Of a DNA stretch of 35,111 nucleotides, positions 17,705 through 26,788 are shown in pieces. How positions within the stretch are numbered: position 1 is the stretch's first letter; every line of letters begins with the position of its first letter. This DNA comes from Candidatus Methanomethylophilaceae archaeon (GTDB lineage: Archaea; Thermoplasmatota; Thermoplasmata; Methanomassiliicoccales; Methanomethylophilaceae). The translations under genes and the position numbers were made by a program. Location of the stretch: the NCBI GenBank assembly GCA_050944155.1, contig JBMNQN010000008.1, forward strand, positions 1 to 35,111. The letters run 5' to 3'. The notes under the pieces are model-generated. The model was not told the DNA's origin and searched no databases. It was given only the letters and a program-made list of their open reading frames with translations.

Positions 17705-18456
17705 TGCCGGCCAAGAGAATCATTCCGTGTCTCGACATGAAGAACGGAAAAGTCGTCAAAGGCGTAAGATTCGAAGACGTCCGCGATGTGGGCGACCCTC
17801 CCGCCATGGCTTCCGCATACGAAAAGCAGGGGGCGGACGAGATAGCGTTCCTCGATATTTCCGCGTCGCTCGAATCCAGACCGACGATGCTCGATGCGGT
17901 ATCGAAAACCGCCGGAAGCATTTCCGTTCCCCTCTGCGTCGGCGGAGGAATCCGTAACGCGGACGACATGGATGCCGTTCTCAAAGCAGGTGCGGACAAA
18001 GTTTCCGTCAACTCCGCCGCGGTATCCGATCCGTCCATGATATCCGAATGCTCGGAAAGATTCGGCAAACGGCGCGTGATAATAGCCGTGGACGCAAAAA
18101 AGACCGGAAACGGATGGGAAGTGTTCACCCGCGGCGGAACCGAACCGACGGGACTCGATGCGGTAAAATGGTCCGCCGAAGCCGAAAGACTGGGCGCGGG
18201 AGAAATTTTACTGACTTCCATAGACGCGGACGGCGAGAAAAAAGGATACGACATAGAACTCACGGCGGCCGTGGCCGATGCCGTGGACATTCCCGTTATA
18301 GCTTCCGGAGGATGCGGATCTGCGGAACACATCTACGAAGTTCTCACCGAAACGGGTGCCGATGCGGCATTGGCTGCTTCGGTGTTCCACTACGGAGAGC
18401 TGACGGTATCCGGTGTCAAAGACTATCTGAGAAAACGCGGGGTTTCTGTAAGATGA
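17701..18456 (+). CDS. hisF: Imidazole glycerol phosphate synthase cyclase subunit
   Basis: [44 protein letters not shown] and ALAASVFH; ATGA overlap with hisB, SD GGAGGTGA. Confidence 0.97.
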   Translation: MMPAKRIIPCLDMKNGKVVKGVRFEDVRDVGDPPAMASAYEKQGADEIAFLDISASLESRPTMLDAVSKTAGSISVPLCVGGGIRNADDMDAVLKAGADKVSVNSAAVSDPSMISECSERFGKRRVIIAVDAKKTGNGWEVFTRGGTEPTGLDAVKWSAEAERLGAGEILLTSIDADGEKKGYDIELTAAVADAVDIPVIASGGCGSAEHIYEVLTETGADAALAASVFHYGELTVSGVKDYLRKRGVSVR

Positions 18457-19055
18457 CCGAACTGAAATACGACGGAAACGGGCTGATTCCCGTTGTTGTG
18501 CAGGATTGGAAGACGGGCGAAGTTCTGATGGTTGCCTGGGCAAACGAAGAAGCCGTAGGGCTCATGAAAGAAACGGGTTACACCCACTTCTGGTCCAGGA
18601 GCAGAAAGCAGCTTTGGAAGAAGGGAGAGACCTCCGGACACGTTCAGAAAATCGTTTCGATTCAGACGGACTGCGATTCCGACACTCTTTTGGTGAGAGT
18701 GGAACAGACCGGTCCCGCATGCCATTTGGGAAAACCATCCTGTTTCGATACTGTCCTGTACGGTTCCGCAGACGGGACCTCATCCATAATTCCCGACATA
18801 ATCCGCGTGGTCAGAGACAGAATGGAAAACCCGTCGGACACGAGTTATACATGCAAACTGTTGAAAAACGAGAACCTGATGTGCAAAAAGGTAATCGAAG
18901 AGGCTACGGAATACGTATTGGCGGTCAAAGACGGAGACGGGGAGGAAGCGGCATCCGAACTGGCGGATCTGATTTATCACCTGATCGTAACCGCCGAAGC
19001 ATCCGGAACGCCGATTGAAAGAATGTTCGAAGAACTTTCGGAGAGGAGACAATGA
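18453..19055 (+). CDS. hisIE: Bifunctional phosphoribosyl-AMP cyclohydrolase / phosphoribosyl-ATP pyrophosphatase
   Basis: WSRSR..LW.KGETSG, DCDSD, ACH....[11 protein letters not shown] and ELADLIYH; ATGA overlap with hisF. Confidence 0.95.
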   Translation: MTELKYDGNGLIPVVVQDWKTGEVLMVAWANEEAVGLMKETGYTHFWSRSRKQLWKKGETSGHVQKIVSIQTDCDSDTLLVRVEQTGPACHLGKPSCFDTVLYGSADGTSSIIPDIIRVVRDRMENPSDTSYTCKLLKNENLMCKKVIEEATEYVLAVKDGDGEEAASELADLIYHLIVTAEASGTPIERMFEELSERRQ

Positions 19056-19699
19056 GAGTAGATCTTCACAGCCACACGGTATTCAGCGACGGAGAGCTGA
19101 TTCCCGCCGAGCTCGTAAGAAGAGCCATGTTTCTGGGTCACGATGCCATAGCCATAACGGACCACGTAGACATGACCAACGTGGATTTCGTGGTTTCCAA
19201 CATAGTCAAAGCGACGGAACTCAGCGAAGACTGCATCAAAGTCATACCCGGGGCGGAGATAACCCACGTGGCTCCGGACAAAATTTCCGCCGTTGCCAAA
19301 AGAGCAAGAAAACTGGGAGCGGAAATCATCGTGGTTCACGGCGAAACGGTTACCGAACCGGTCAGGGAAGGGACCAACCTCGCATCCGTATCGGATCCGG
19401 AAATAGACATACTGGCACATCCGGGTTTCATAACTTCCGAAGAGGCGCAGATAGCCGCGGACAACGACGTAATACTCGAAATCACCGGGCGCATGGGCCA
19501 CAACATAACCAACGGCCACGTTGCGGTGGAAGCCAGAAACGCGGGCGCAAAAACCGTCGTGGACTCGGATACCCACGCACCCCAGAATCTCATGACCGAA
19601 GAGGCCGCGTACAAAGTGGCTCTGGGTTCGGGAATGACCCGGGAAGAGGCGGACAGAGCGATAAAAGTCACTCCCTACGAAGTCATAAAACGCCTCTGA
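19052..19699 (+). CDS. PHP-family phosphoesterase, candidate histidinol-phosphate phosphatase
   Basis: DLHSHT..SDG, ITDH, VHGET, LAHPG and DSDTH; translationally coupled to hisIE. Confidence 0.8.
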   Translation: MRVDLHSHTVFSDGELIPAELVRRAMFLGHDAIAITDHVDMTNVDFVVSNIVKATELSEDCIKVIPGAEITHVAPDKISAVAKRARKLGAEIIVVHGETVTEPVREGTNLASVSDPEIDILAHPGFITSEEAQIAADNDVILEITGRMGHNITNGHVAVEARNAGAKTVVDSDTHAPQNLMTEEAAYKVALGSGMTREEADRAIKVTPYEVIKRL

Positions 19700-19709
19700 C
19701 CCGTCCGGA

Positions 19710-19727
19710 GAAAATCCCGTTAATATA
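19710..19727 (+). promoter_or_regulatory. BRE-TATA-like element for mtnP-hypF-ApgM-like-cobT
   Basis: GAAAATCCCG-TTAATATA 22 nt before ATG 19750. Confidence 0.5.
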
Positions 19728-19749
19728 TTACTAGGCCGTTACGGAGATT

Positions 19750-20544
19750 ATGCCTGAAATAGCTTTGATAGGCGGTACGGGAATCTACAACGAAGATTCC
19801 TTTATCGTTGAAAAAACCGTTTTTCCGGACACTCCGTACGGAAAACCCTCCGACGAAATATACATCGGAAAGCTGAACGGAACGGAAATCGCGTTCCTTC
19901 ACAGACACGCCAAAGACCACACCCTCAACCCTACCAGAGTGCCTTACAGGGCAAACATGTGGGCCCTGAAACAGCTGGGCGTCAAGATGGTGATTTCCGC
20001 ATGTGCCGTAGGATCTCTTCAGGAAGAGTTCGCCCCCGGAGATTTGGTGATCGTGGACGATTTCATCGATTTCACCAGAAAGAGGGATCTTACTTTCATT
20101 GACGACGATGCCGTTCACATCAGTATCCCCGAACCTTTCTGTCCCCATATGTCCGAAGTGTTCTCCGATGCGGCCAAAGAGCTCGGTATAAAACACCACA
20201 CGGGAGGGACGTACATATGCATCGAAGGTCCCAGATTTTCCACCAAAGCGGAGAGTTTCATGTTCAGGAATTTCGCCGACATAATCGGAATGACTCTGGT
20301 GCCGGAATGCCAGCTCGCCAAAGAACTGGGTATGTGTTACTGCAGTCTCGCAACCGTAACCGATTACGACGTATGGAAAGACGAACCCGTGGATACGGAC
20401 ATGGTATACAACACAATGAAAAAGTGTCTCGCATCCATCACGCGTCTCCTGGAAAAAGGTCTTCCCAGAATCATAACCGACGGATGCGTCTGCGCCAAGG
20501 ATGCGGAAACCGCGGGATCCCTGAAAGTACTGGGTCTTGACTGA
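19750..20544 (+). CDS. mtnP: 5'-methylthioadenosine phosphorylase (PNP/MTAP family)
   Basis: IGGTG, YRAN, EGPRFSTKAES, GMT..PE and TDYD (6-aminopurine-type motif). Confidence 0.88.
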   Translation: MPEIALIGGTGIYNEDSFIVEKTVFPDTPYGKPSDEIYIGKLNGTEIAFLHRHAKDHTLNPTRVPYRANMWALKQLGVKMVISACAVGSLQEEFAPGDLVIVDDFIDFTRKRDLTFIDDDAVHISIPEPFCPHMSEVFSDAAKELGIKHHTGGTYICIEGPRFSTKAESFMFRNFADIIGMTLVPECQLAKELGMCYCSLATVTDYDVWKDEPVDTDMVYNTMKKCLASITRLLEKGLPRIITDGCVCAKDAETAGSLKVLGLD

Positions 20545-20546
20545 CG

Positions 20547-22727
20547 ATGTTCTCCGAAGGCGTACGGATAAGGATTAAAGGTACCGTTCAGGGAGTCGGA
20601 TTCCGTCCTGCGGTTTACCGCGCGGCGGTCAAACTGAACGTAAACGGAACCGTCCGCAACGACGGAGCCGACGTAATCATAGAATGCGACAGAGGAGACG
20701 AACTCGTCAGGGAACTGAAGAAGAATCTGCCTCCTCTCGCCGTAATACGTTCCGTAGAATCCGAACCGTACGCTTTCGTGAAAACCGACGGATTTTCGAT
20801 AGCGGAATCCCGTTCCGGTTCCGGCGGAATATCCATTCCCACGGATACGGCGATATGCGGCGCGTGTCTCGAAGAAATGCGTTCTCCGGGAAGACGCAAT
20901 GGATACGCGTTTACATCGTGCACCGACTGCGGACCCAGATTCACCCTTATTTCGTCCCTTCCGTACGACCGTAAAAATACCGCAATGGCCGATTTTCCCG
21001 TATGTCCCGAGTGCGGAAAAGAGTTTTCCGATCCTTCGGACAGAAGGCTGCACCATCAGACCGTATGCTGCCCCGTGTGCGGTCCGTCCTACCGTCTCGT
21101 CGGCAAAGACGGCAAGGAAATCGCCGGAGATCCCATCGGAGGTTTTGCGGACATTCTTTCCGAAGGCGGGATAGGCATTGCCAAAAGCTGGGGCGGAATG
21201 CATATCTGCTGCACCCTGGACAACATAGGAAAGCTCAGGGAATGGTACCGCAGACCCCAGAAACCTTTTGCCGTCATGGTTAAAGACGAAGAAGCCGCAT
21301 CGAAGTACGGAAGCCCGAATAAAAAAGAGGTGCTGGCACTTAAGTCTCCGCACCGTCCGATAGTTCTTGTAAAGAAGAATAAAGTACCCGAAGAAGCGGC
21401 TCCCGGACTCGACAACGTGGGACTGTTTCTTCCGTATTCGGGAATGCAGCACATTCTTTTCGATAAGCTGAAAACCGATGCTCTGATAATGACTTCCGCG
21501 AATCCCCCAGGGGAACCAATGATTACCGACGATTCCCAGATTATGGAACTGGGCGCGGACGCTTATCTTCTTCACAATCAGAAAATCATCAACCGCGCGG
21601 ACGACAGCGTTCTCCGTATGTACAAAAACAAAACCTATTTCATAAGAAAATCCAGGGGAAGCATTCCTTCGTACATCGATTTGGATCCGGAACTCCGCGG
21701 AAAAGCCGTGGCCGTGGGAGCACACGAAAATCTAGCCGGAACGGTTTCCAGAGACTGCAGAATCTATCAGACCCAGTACATCGGACACGGATCGGGTCTC
21801 GGCGTTCCCGAATACCTCGAAGAGTCTATTGAAGGTCTTATGAAAATGACCGGAACCGTTCCGGAAATCGTCGCCGAGGATCTGCATCCCGGTTACCCTA
21901 GCAGAAAAGTCGCAAAAAAATTCTCCGAAGAATACGGAGTTCCCTCGGTGGAAATACAGCATCACTGGGCACACGCCGCCTCTCTCCTCACGGACAACGG
22001 GTGTATCTGCGGCACCGTTCTCACTCTGGACGGAACCGGATACGGAAGCGACGGAAACGCGTGGGGAGGCGAAGTGATTTCCACCGATTTGGAATCGTAT
22101 TCCAGGGAAGCACATTTGGAATACATTCCGCTACTGGGTTCCGAAAAAGCGCTTTACGACATCAGAAGGCTGAAATTCGCCATCGACGAAATGAACGGCA
22201 CCGAGAATAATCTGTTCGAAGACCGCGAAGCTTCCGTAATGAGAAAGATGACGAGAAAGAGCGTGAAAACATCTTCCATGGGAAGAATACTCGACGCTCT
22301 GGCTTTTACGCTGGGAGTATGCAGCGTAAGGACTTACGAAGGCGAACCGGCAATGAAGCTGGAACCCCTTTTAGACCGCGGAAAACTGATCAGGGGATAC
22401 GAAACGTACATCGAGAAGGGGGTTGTCAAAACCGCCCATCTTTTCGACCGCATACGGAAATCGGACAGGCCCGCCGACGTGGCTTATTCCATAGTATACA
22501 ACATAATGGACTGTCTGGTCGATGCCGCGGTGGAAAGCGCCGACCGCACCGGATTCAGGCGCATGGGAATCAGCGGCGGAGTCTCTTACAATTCGGTTAT
22601 ATCCTCGATGTTCGAAAAACTCGCGAAAGATTCGGATTACGATTTAATATTCCACAACAGAATTCCCAACGGAGACGGCGGAATCTCCGCGGGTCAGAAC
22701 GCAATAGCTTTGATGATGATAGGATGA
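20547..22727 (+). CDS. hypF: [NiFe]-hydrogenase maturation carbamoyltransferase HypF
   Basis: GTVQGVGFRP acylphosphatase domain, two CxxC-x18-CxxC zinc fingers, TSAN, DLHP, QHHWAH, DGTGYG and GDGGIS.GQ. Confidence 0.97.
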   Translation: MFSEGVRIRIKGTVQGVGFRPAVYRAAVKLNVNGTVRNDGADVIIECDRGDELVRELKKNLPPLAVIRSVESEPYAFVKTDGFSIAESRSGSGGISIPTDTAICGACLEEMRSPGRRNGYAFTSCTDCGPRFTLISSLPYDRKNTAMADFPVCPECGKEFSDPSDRRLHHQTVCCPVCGPSYRLVGKDGKEIAGDPIGGFADILSEGGIGIAKSWGGMHICCTLDNIGKLREWYRRPQKPFAVMVKDEEAASKYGSPNKKEVLALKSPHRPIVLVKKNKVPEEAAPGLDNVGLFLPYSGMQHILFDKLKTDALIMTSANPPGEPMITDDSQIMELGADAYLLHNQKIINRADDSVLRMYKNKTYFIRKSRGSIPSYIDLDPELRGKAVAVGAHENLAGTVSRDCRIYQTQYIGHGSGLGVPEYLEESIEGLMKMTGTVPEIVAEDLHPGYPSRKVAKKFSEEYGVPSVEIQHHWAHAASLLTDNGCICGTVLTLDGTGYGSDGNAWGGEVISTDLESYSREAHLEYIPLLGSEKALYDIRRLKFAIDEMNGTENNLFEDREASVMRKMTRKSVKTSSMGRILDALAFTLGVCSVRTYEGEPAMKLEPLLDRGKLIRGYETYIEKGVVKTAHLFDRIRKSDRPADVAYSIVYNIMDCLVDAAVESADRTGFRRMGISGGVSYNSVISSMFEKLAKDSDYDLIFHNRIPNGDGGISAGQNAIALMMIG

Positions 22728-23719
22728 GCAACACACTCTTTGTTCTTTTGGACGGGGCCGAAGACGACCCCAACCCCCTTCTGGGAGGGAAGAAACCCAT
22801 AGATGTTGCCAAGATGCCGTTTCTTGAATCCGTAGCCGATTATAAGTTCAAAACCACCGGCCGCGGATATACGCATCTGTTTCTCAACGAATTCTTTACG
22901 GGACATGCTCCCGAAAGTTCCAGGGCCGCACTGGAAGCCATGGGTCTGGGACTTAATATGGAGGAAGGCCGCACGGCCTACAGACTGAGTCCCGCCGAAA
23001 TAAAAGAGGGAATGATACTCTGGTCCTACAACACCGATTCCTTCAAAGACGAACTGGAACGGAACGTTATGGACAACCTCGGTATGCTGGCACATTTGGA
23101 TCCGGAGATAGATTTCTTCCTCAACGGAAGGGCGGTTCTCACCATGGAATGCGATATCGTTCCGGAGCTTCCCGCTCCGCCGGTCAACGCTCCCTTCGTC
23201 GAAGTCCCCGGAGATCTGGGTAAACTGGTAATGAAGGTTGCCGACATCATGGACGGAATCACGGATTATCCGTGGGGATGCGGAAGACTGAACATAAGGC
23301 ATCCCGGATTTTCATGTCTGGGAAACATGACCGCCGTATCCGACAGTCCTACCGCTCTGGGCGTATGCGCGTCCCTGGGACACGAAATCCGTCTGGTCAA
23401 AGATTTGGACGACCGCTTCCCGATTGCTGCCGAAGCGCTGAAACACGGGAACGTTTTCCTGCATATTGACGAAGTCGACGAATACAGCCATCAGAAAGAT
23501 CCGTTCAAAAAAATACGGGTCCTGGAACATGCGGACCGTCTGATGGAAGAGTATTTCCGGGACACGGAACGGATAATTTACTTCGTGGATCACGGCACTT
23601 CCTGTGTCACGGGAGAACATATTATAACGGATGTTCCCGTGTGGACCTCCGTAGAAACGGAATTCGGGGAAGACGATATCGTTCCCCTGAAAACGGTTGT
23701 AAAATCACTTATGAGTTAA
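22724..23719 (+). CDS. Divergent ApgM-like alkaline-phosphatase-superfamily metalloenzyme (331 aa)
   Basis: LLDGAED...GK.P..VA.MP, RAALEA, AYRL, HIDEVDEYSH and DHGT; ATGA overlap with hypF; lacks the PGSD motif. Confidence 0.75.
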   Translation: MSNTLFVLLDGAEDDPNPLLGGKKPIDVAKMPFLESVADYKFKTTGRGYTHLFLNEFFTGHAPESSRAALEAMGLGLNMEEGRTAYRLSPAEIKEGMILWSYNTDSFKDELERNVMDNLGMLAHLDPEIDFFLNGRAVLTMECDIVPELPAPPVNAPFVEVPGDLGKLVMKVADIMDGITDYPWGCGRLNIRHPGFSCLGNMTAVSDSPTALGVCASLGHEIRLVKDLDDRFPIAAEALKHGNVFLHIDEVDEYSHQKDPFKKIRVLEHADRLMEEYFRDTERIIYFVDHGTSCVTGEHIITDVPVWTSVETEFGEDDIVPLKTVVKSLMS

Positions 23720-23728
23720 GGTGAAAAG

Positions 23729-24847
23729 ATGGTATACGACGGAAAACTGCCGGAATCTCTCGGAGTATGGGGAGACAGAAAAATCGCCGACGCCCTGATC
23801 GGAGAAATTTGGGGCAAAAGAGGTGTGTTTACGTGCACGGTTGCGAACACAATGACATCCGTGCGCCCCGGCATATCCGATGCGGGGGATACGCCCGAAC
23901 TTACTCTTTTCACTCCTGCCGCAGACGTGGAACTTCTCGTAAACGGAAAGACCACCTGCATGAAAGGAATACCCATCAATCCGGGGGGAATACCAACTCC
24001 CGCCACTTTGACGAAAGCCGCGCTGGAACTTTCCAGAATGCCCTTCTATGTTGTGAACGGCGGAACTAAAATCGTCCCCTACGTCCCGTTCTTCGACGTC
24101 GGGGGAGAATGCGGCAGAGACATAACGACGGGGGATTCCGTCTCCAACGTGAAAGAATCGTTCGAAAAGGGAAAGATACTCGGCAGATCTCTCGCGAGAG
24201 GCTACGATTACATAGTGGTAAGCGAAAGCTGCGCCGGAGGCACCACCACGGCATTGGCGGTACTGACGGCGATGGGCACGGTTACGGAAAATCTCGTAAG
24301 CAGCAGTTCCCCCAACAATCCCAAGGAACTCAAAACCGAAACGGTCATGAAAGGTCTTTCCGCAGCCGGCATCGAACCCGGAGACCTGAAAGACGATCCT
24401 CTGCGCGCAATCGAGTGCGTCGGAGATCCTATGATGCCCGCAAACATCGGCATGATAATCGGAGCCGTCGAAGCGGGAATCCCCGTAATGGTAGGGGGAG
24501 GAACCCAGATGGCTGCAGTGATGGCCGGTGCCATAACGCTGGAACCCTCTGTTCAGGGAAGAATCTTCCAGGGAACCACAAGGTGGCTGATGGGAGATCC
24601 CAACTCGAGCATGGTTTCGCTTATGTCCGCGATTTCGGACAGAATCCCCATCGTTTACGTTAACATGGATTACGGCCAAAGTCCCTACGAAGGCCTTCAG
24701 GCTTACGAATGGGGATATATCAAAGAAGGGGTCGGATGCGGCGGAGCATCGGTCTCCGCAATACTGGAAAGCGAAGGCAGGATAACCTGCGGGGACCTTC
24801 TGGATAAGGTTCACGAGATATACAGAGAAATCATGGGCATTCGCTGA
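23729..24847 (+). CDS. cobT: Archaeal-type nicotinate-nucleotide:base phosphoribosyltransferase CobT
   Basis: GIS.AG, TPAADVE, PTPA, ESCAGGTTTAL, VSSS, GDPM, GGGTQM and YE.G.IKEGVG; SD AGGTGA. Confidence 0.9.
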   Translation: MVYDGKLPESLGVWGDRKIADALIGEIWGKRGVFTCTVANTMTSVRPGISDAGDTPELTLFTPAADVELLVNGKTTCMKGIPINPGGIPTPATLTKAALELSRMPFYVVNGGTKIVPYVPFFDVGGECGRDITTGDSVSNVKESFEKGKILGRSLARGYDYIVVSESCAGGTTTALAVLTAMGTVTENLVSSSSPNNPKELKTETVMKGLSAAGIEPGDLKDDPLRAIECVGDPMMPANIGMIIGAVEAGIPVMVGGGTQMAAVMAGAITLEPSVQGRIFQGTTRWLMGDPNSSMVSLMSAISDRIPIVYVNMDYGQSPYEGLQAYEWGYIKEGVGCGGASVSAILESEGRITCGDLLDKVHEIYREIMGIR

Positions 24848-25445
24848 GCCACACGGCGGTTCTGAACTCCTGAACTGTGTTCATGTTCACCGCGAGTTCT
24901 ATGAAATCGCATTTTAGAAAAGTTTCATCGAGCACTTCTCCGTTCAGAGTGCGGACTCTGTCCATCATGTTTATTCCGGTAAGGGCCCAGGTTTCCCCGT
25001 CGAGATCCGCGCTGAACGAGGGAACCAATCCGAATTTCGACAGAGTGGTCTCTCTCACGACGGCGATCATCGTTCCCATATCCGGTCTGAAAGATTCGGT
25101 GATGAAGTTTATGGACTTGGGACTGAGCAGGGGAAGGTCGGACGGCGCGGTCATCACGGTTTCGGAAGACATTACGTTCAGAGCCGTGTGAAGGTCGTCC
25201 ATGTAGCTTTCTCCGCTTGTCAGTATCGTCTCGATTCCCCTGTCTTTGAGGTACCGTTCGGTCTGGGGAGTGTTGGAGCTGACGGAAACCAAAATAGAAG
25301 AAATGTGTTTGGAGTTTTCGAGGGCGGAAACCATATGCATGACGGTCGGCTTTCCGCAGACTGCCAGCATAGGTTTCTCTATCCCGTTGTTCAGCATCCG
25401 GGTGCCTTTGCCCCCGGCCGTAATCAGCGCTTCGTACTTCTTCAT
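24831..25445 (-). CDS. cobY: GTP:adenosylcobinamide-phosphate guanylyltransferase
   Basis: AGGKGTRM..EKP, S.NTP.T, Y..DL, SDLP and N.NT motifs; cob context. Confidence 0.9.
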   Translation of the reverse strand: MKKYEALITAGGKGTRMLNNGIEKPMLAVCGKPTVMHMVSALENSKHISSILVSVSSNTPQTERYLKDRGIETILTSGESYMDDLHTALNVMSSETVMTAPSDLPLLSPKSINFITESFRPDMGTMIAVVRETTLSKFGLVPSFSADLDGETWALTGINMMDRVRTLNGEVLDETFLKCDFIELAVNMNTVQEFRTAVWLSECP

Positions 25446-26788
25446 AACGTTCCCAAGACGGTCAGGAATATCACGGTGAACAGAAGCATTGTAAAGGCAA
25501 TTATCGGACGGGATATTTCGTTGGCCGCTCCGAGAACGTCTCCCGTAACTGCACCGAATTTCTTCATTGCGAGATGGGATATGAGTTTTCCCATGACCAC
25601 CGAAACGATGAGGCCGAATATCGCGCCTATGAACGCTGATACGCCGAATTCCACGATGTATCCGTCAGGGAGGAAGAGATATCTTCCGGTGACCCAAACC
25701 GCAGCGATTACGATTGCCATGGCAATCAAGACGAGAACTGCCGAAATTACGCTCGACCTGAGCCTCGTGGTGTTGTCCGTATTGCGAACCTGCCCTGCAG
25801 CCATTCCGTTCCCGGGTTCGCCGAAAGCGGCAGTGCTGACCATAGCGTTCTTGACAAGTATTTCGGTAGCAGGAATTATGAACATCAGAGCGAACAACCA
25901 GTCCCTGTTCGCAAACGTGTATGAGGAGTAAAGTCCGAGGGTGAGTGCGGTAACGACGATTGCAAGTCCTACTCCTCCGGCTCCGACTTTGGAGTCCTTC
26001 ATGGCAGCCGTGCATTTTTCTTTGTCGCCGGTTGCTACAATTCCGTCTCCGAAATCCACCAGACCGTCGAAGTGAAGGAATTTGCTTCCGACAAGAACGG
26101 TGGAAAGAACCACCGCCGCTGCAAGAAACTCTGCGGGGAGGTTGATGTTAAAGGAGAGGATAAAGAACAGCATAAGTTCAATCATCAGAACAAGAGCGAA
26201 TAAGCCTCCGACCACGGGTGCCAGATGGAATTCTTTTTCCATTGCGTCGATGTCTTCTTCTTTCGCATCAGTCTTCAGTATGGTGAAGAACGAAATCATG
26301 CCTCTGAGCGCGGATCCGCCGCTGCTGGATCTGGCTTTCTTTTCCTTCTTCGGCTTTTCTTTCGATACGGGCTGTGCGGCGTCATCGGAATCGCTTGCGG
26401 GTTCTGAAACCGCAACAGGTTCCTGATATGCGGATGCCACAGATTCTTCGGGCTCGGAATATGCGGAAGGTTCGAGGGGTTTGCTTTCCTCGGGCTCGGG
26501 AGCGGATTCGTAATTCGAAGGCGCTATGGGTTTCCTGTCCTCGGACGGTTGGAAGAGACCGAAACCGCCGGAACTCTGAGAAGGCGTATCGTTCTGTTCG
26601 TTAACTGAGTAATTTTCTCCCCCTGCATCGGGTTCGGATACCTGTCCGCCGTTTTCGAGAGGAGCGTAATCGTCGTATTCTTTGCCCGTATCCCCTTCTC
26701 TTTCGTTCTGCCGTTCGGCTTTCGCTTTCGCGGCATCCGACGAGGACATAACTTTCAGTTTGGGCATTTCTTCCCTGTCGTCTGTCAT
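25442..26788 (-). CDS. cobS: Cobamide-5'-phosphate synthase CobS with a ~159-aa acidic N-terminal extension
   Basis: SFFT, HFDGLVDFGDG, MKDSKVGAGG and GAVTGDVLGAANE; SD GAGGTGA and ATGA overlap with cbiZ support the long start. Confidence 0.92.
   Translation of the reverse strand: MTDDREEMPKLKVMSSSDAAKAKAERQNEREGDTGKEYDDYAPLENGGQVSEPDAGGENYSVNEQNDTPSQSSGGFGLFQPSEDRKPIAPSNYESAPEPEESKPLEPSAYSEPEESVASAYQEPVAVSEPASDSDDAAQPVSKEKPKKEKKARSSSGGSALRGMISFFTILKTDAKEEDIDAMEKEFHLAPVVGGLFALVLMIELMLFFILSFNINLPAEFLAAAVVLSTVLVGSKFLHFDGLVDFGDGIVATGDKEKCTAAMKDSKVGAGGVGLAIVVTALTLGLYSSYTFANRDWLFALMFIIPATEILVKNAMVSTAAFGEPGNGMAAGQVRNTDNTTRLRSSVISAVLVLIAMAIVIAAVWVTGRYLFLPDGYIVEFGVSAFIGAIFGLIVSVVMGKLISHLAMKKFGAVTGDVLGAANEISRPIIAFTMLLFTVIFLTVLGTL

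Noticed and set aside
23719-23731. Identical 13-mer AGGTGAAAAGATG at the cobT and cobS starts
   Set aside because: Explained by SD plus A-rich spacer plus ATG
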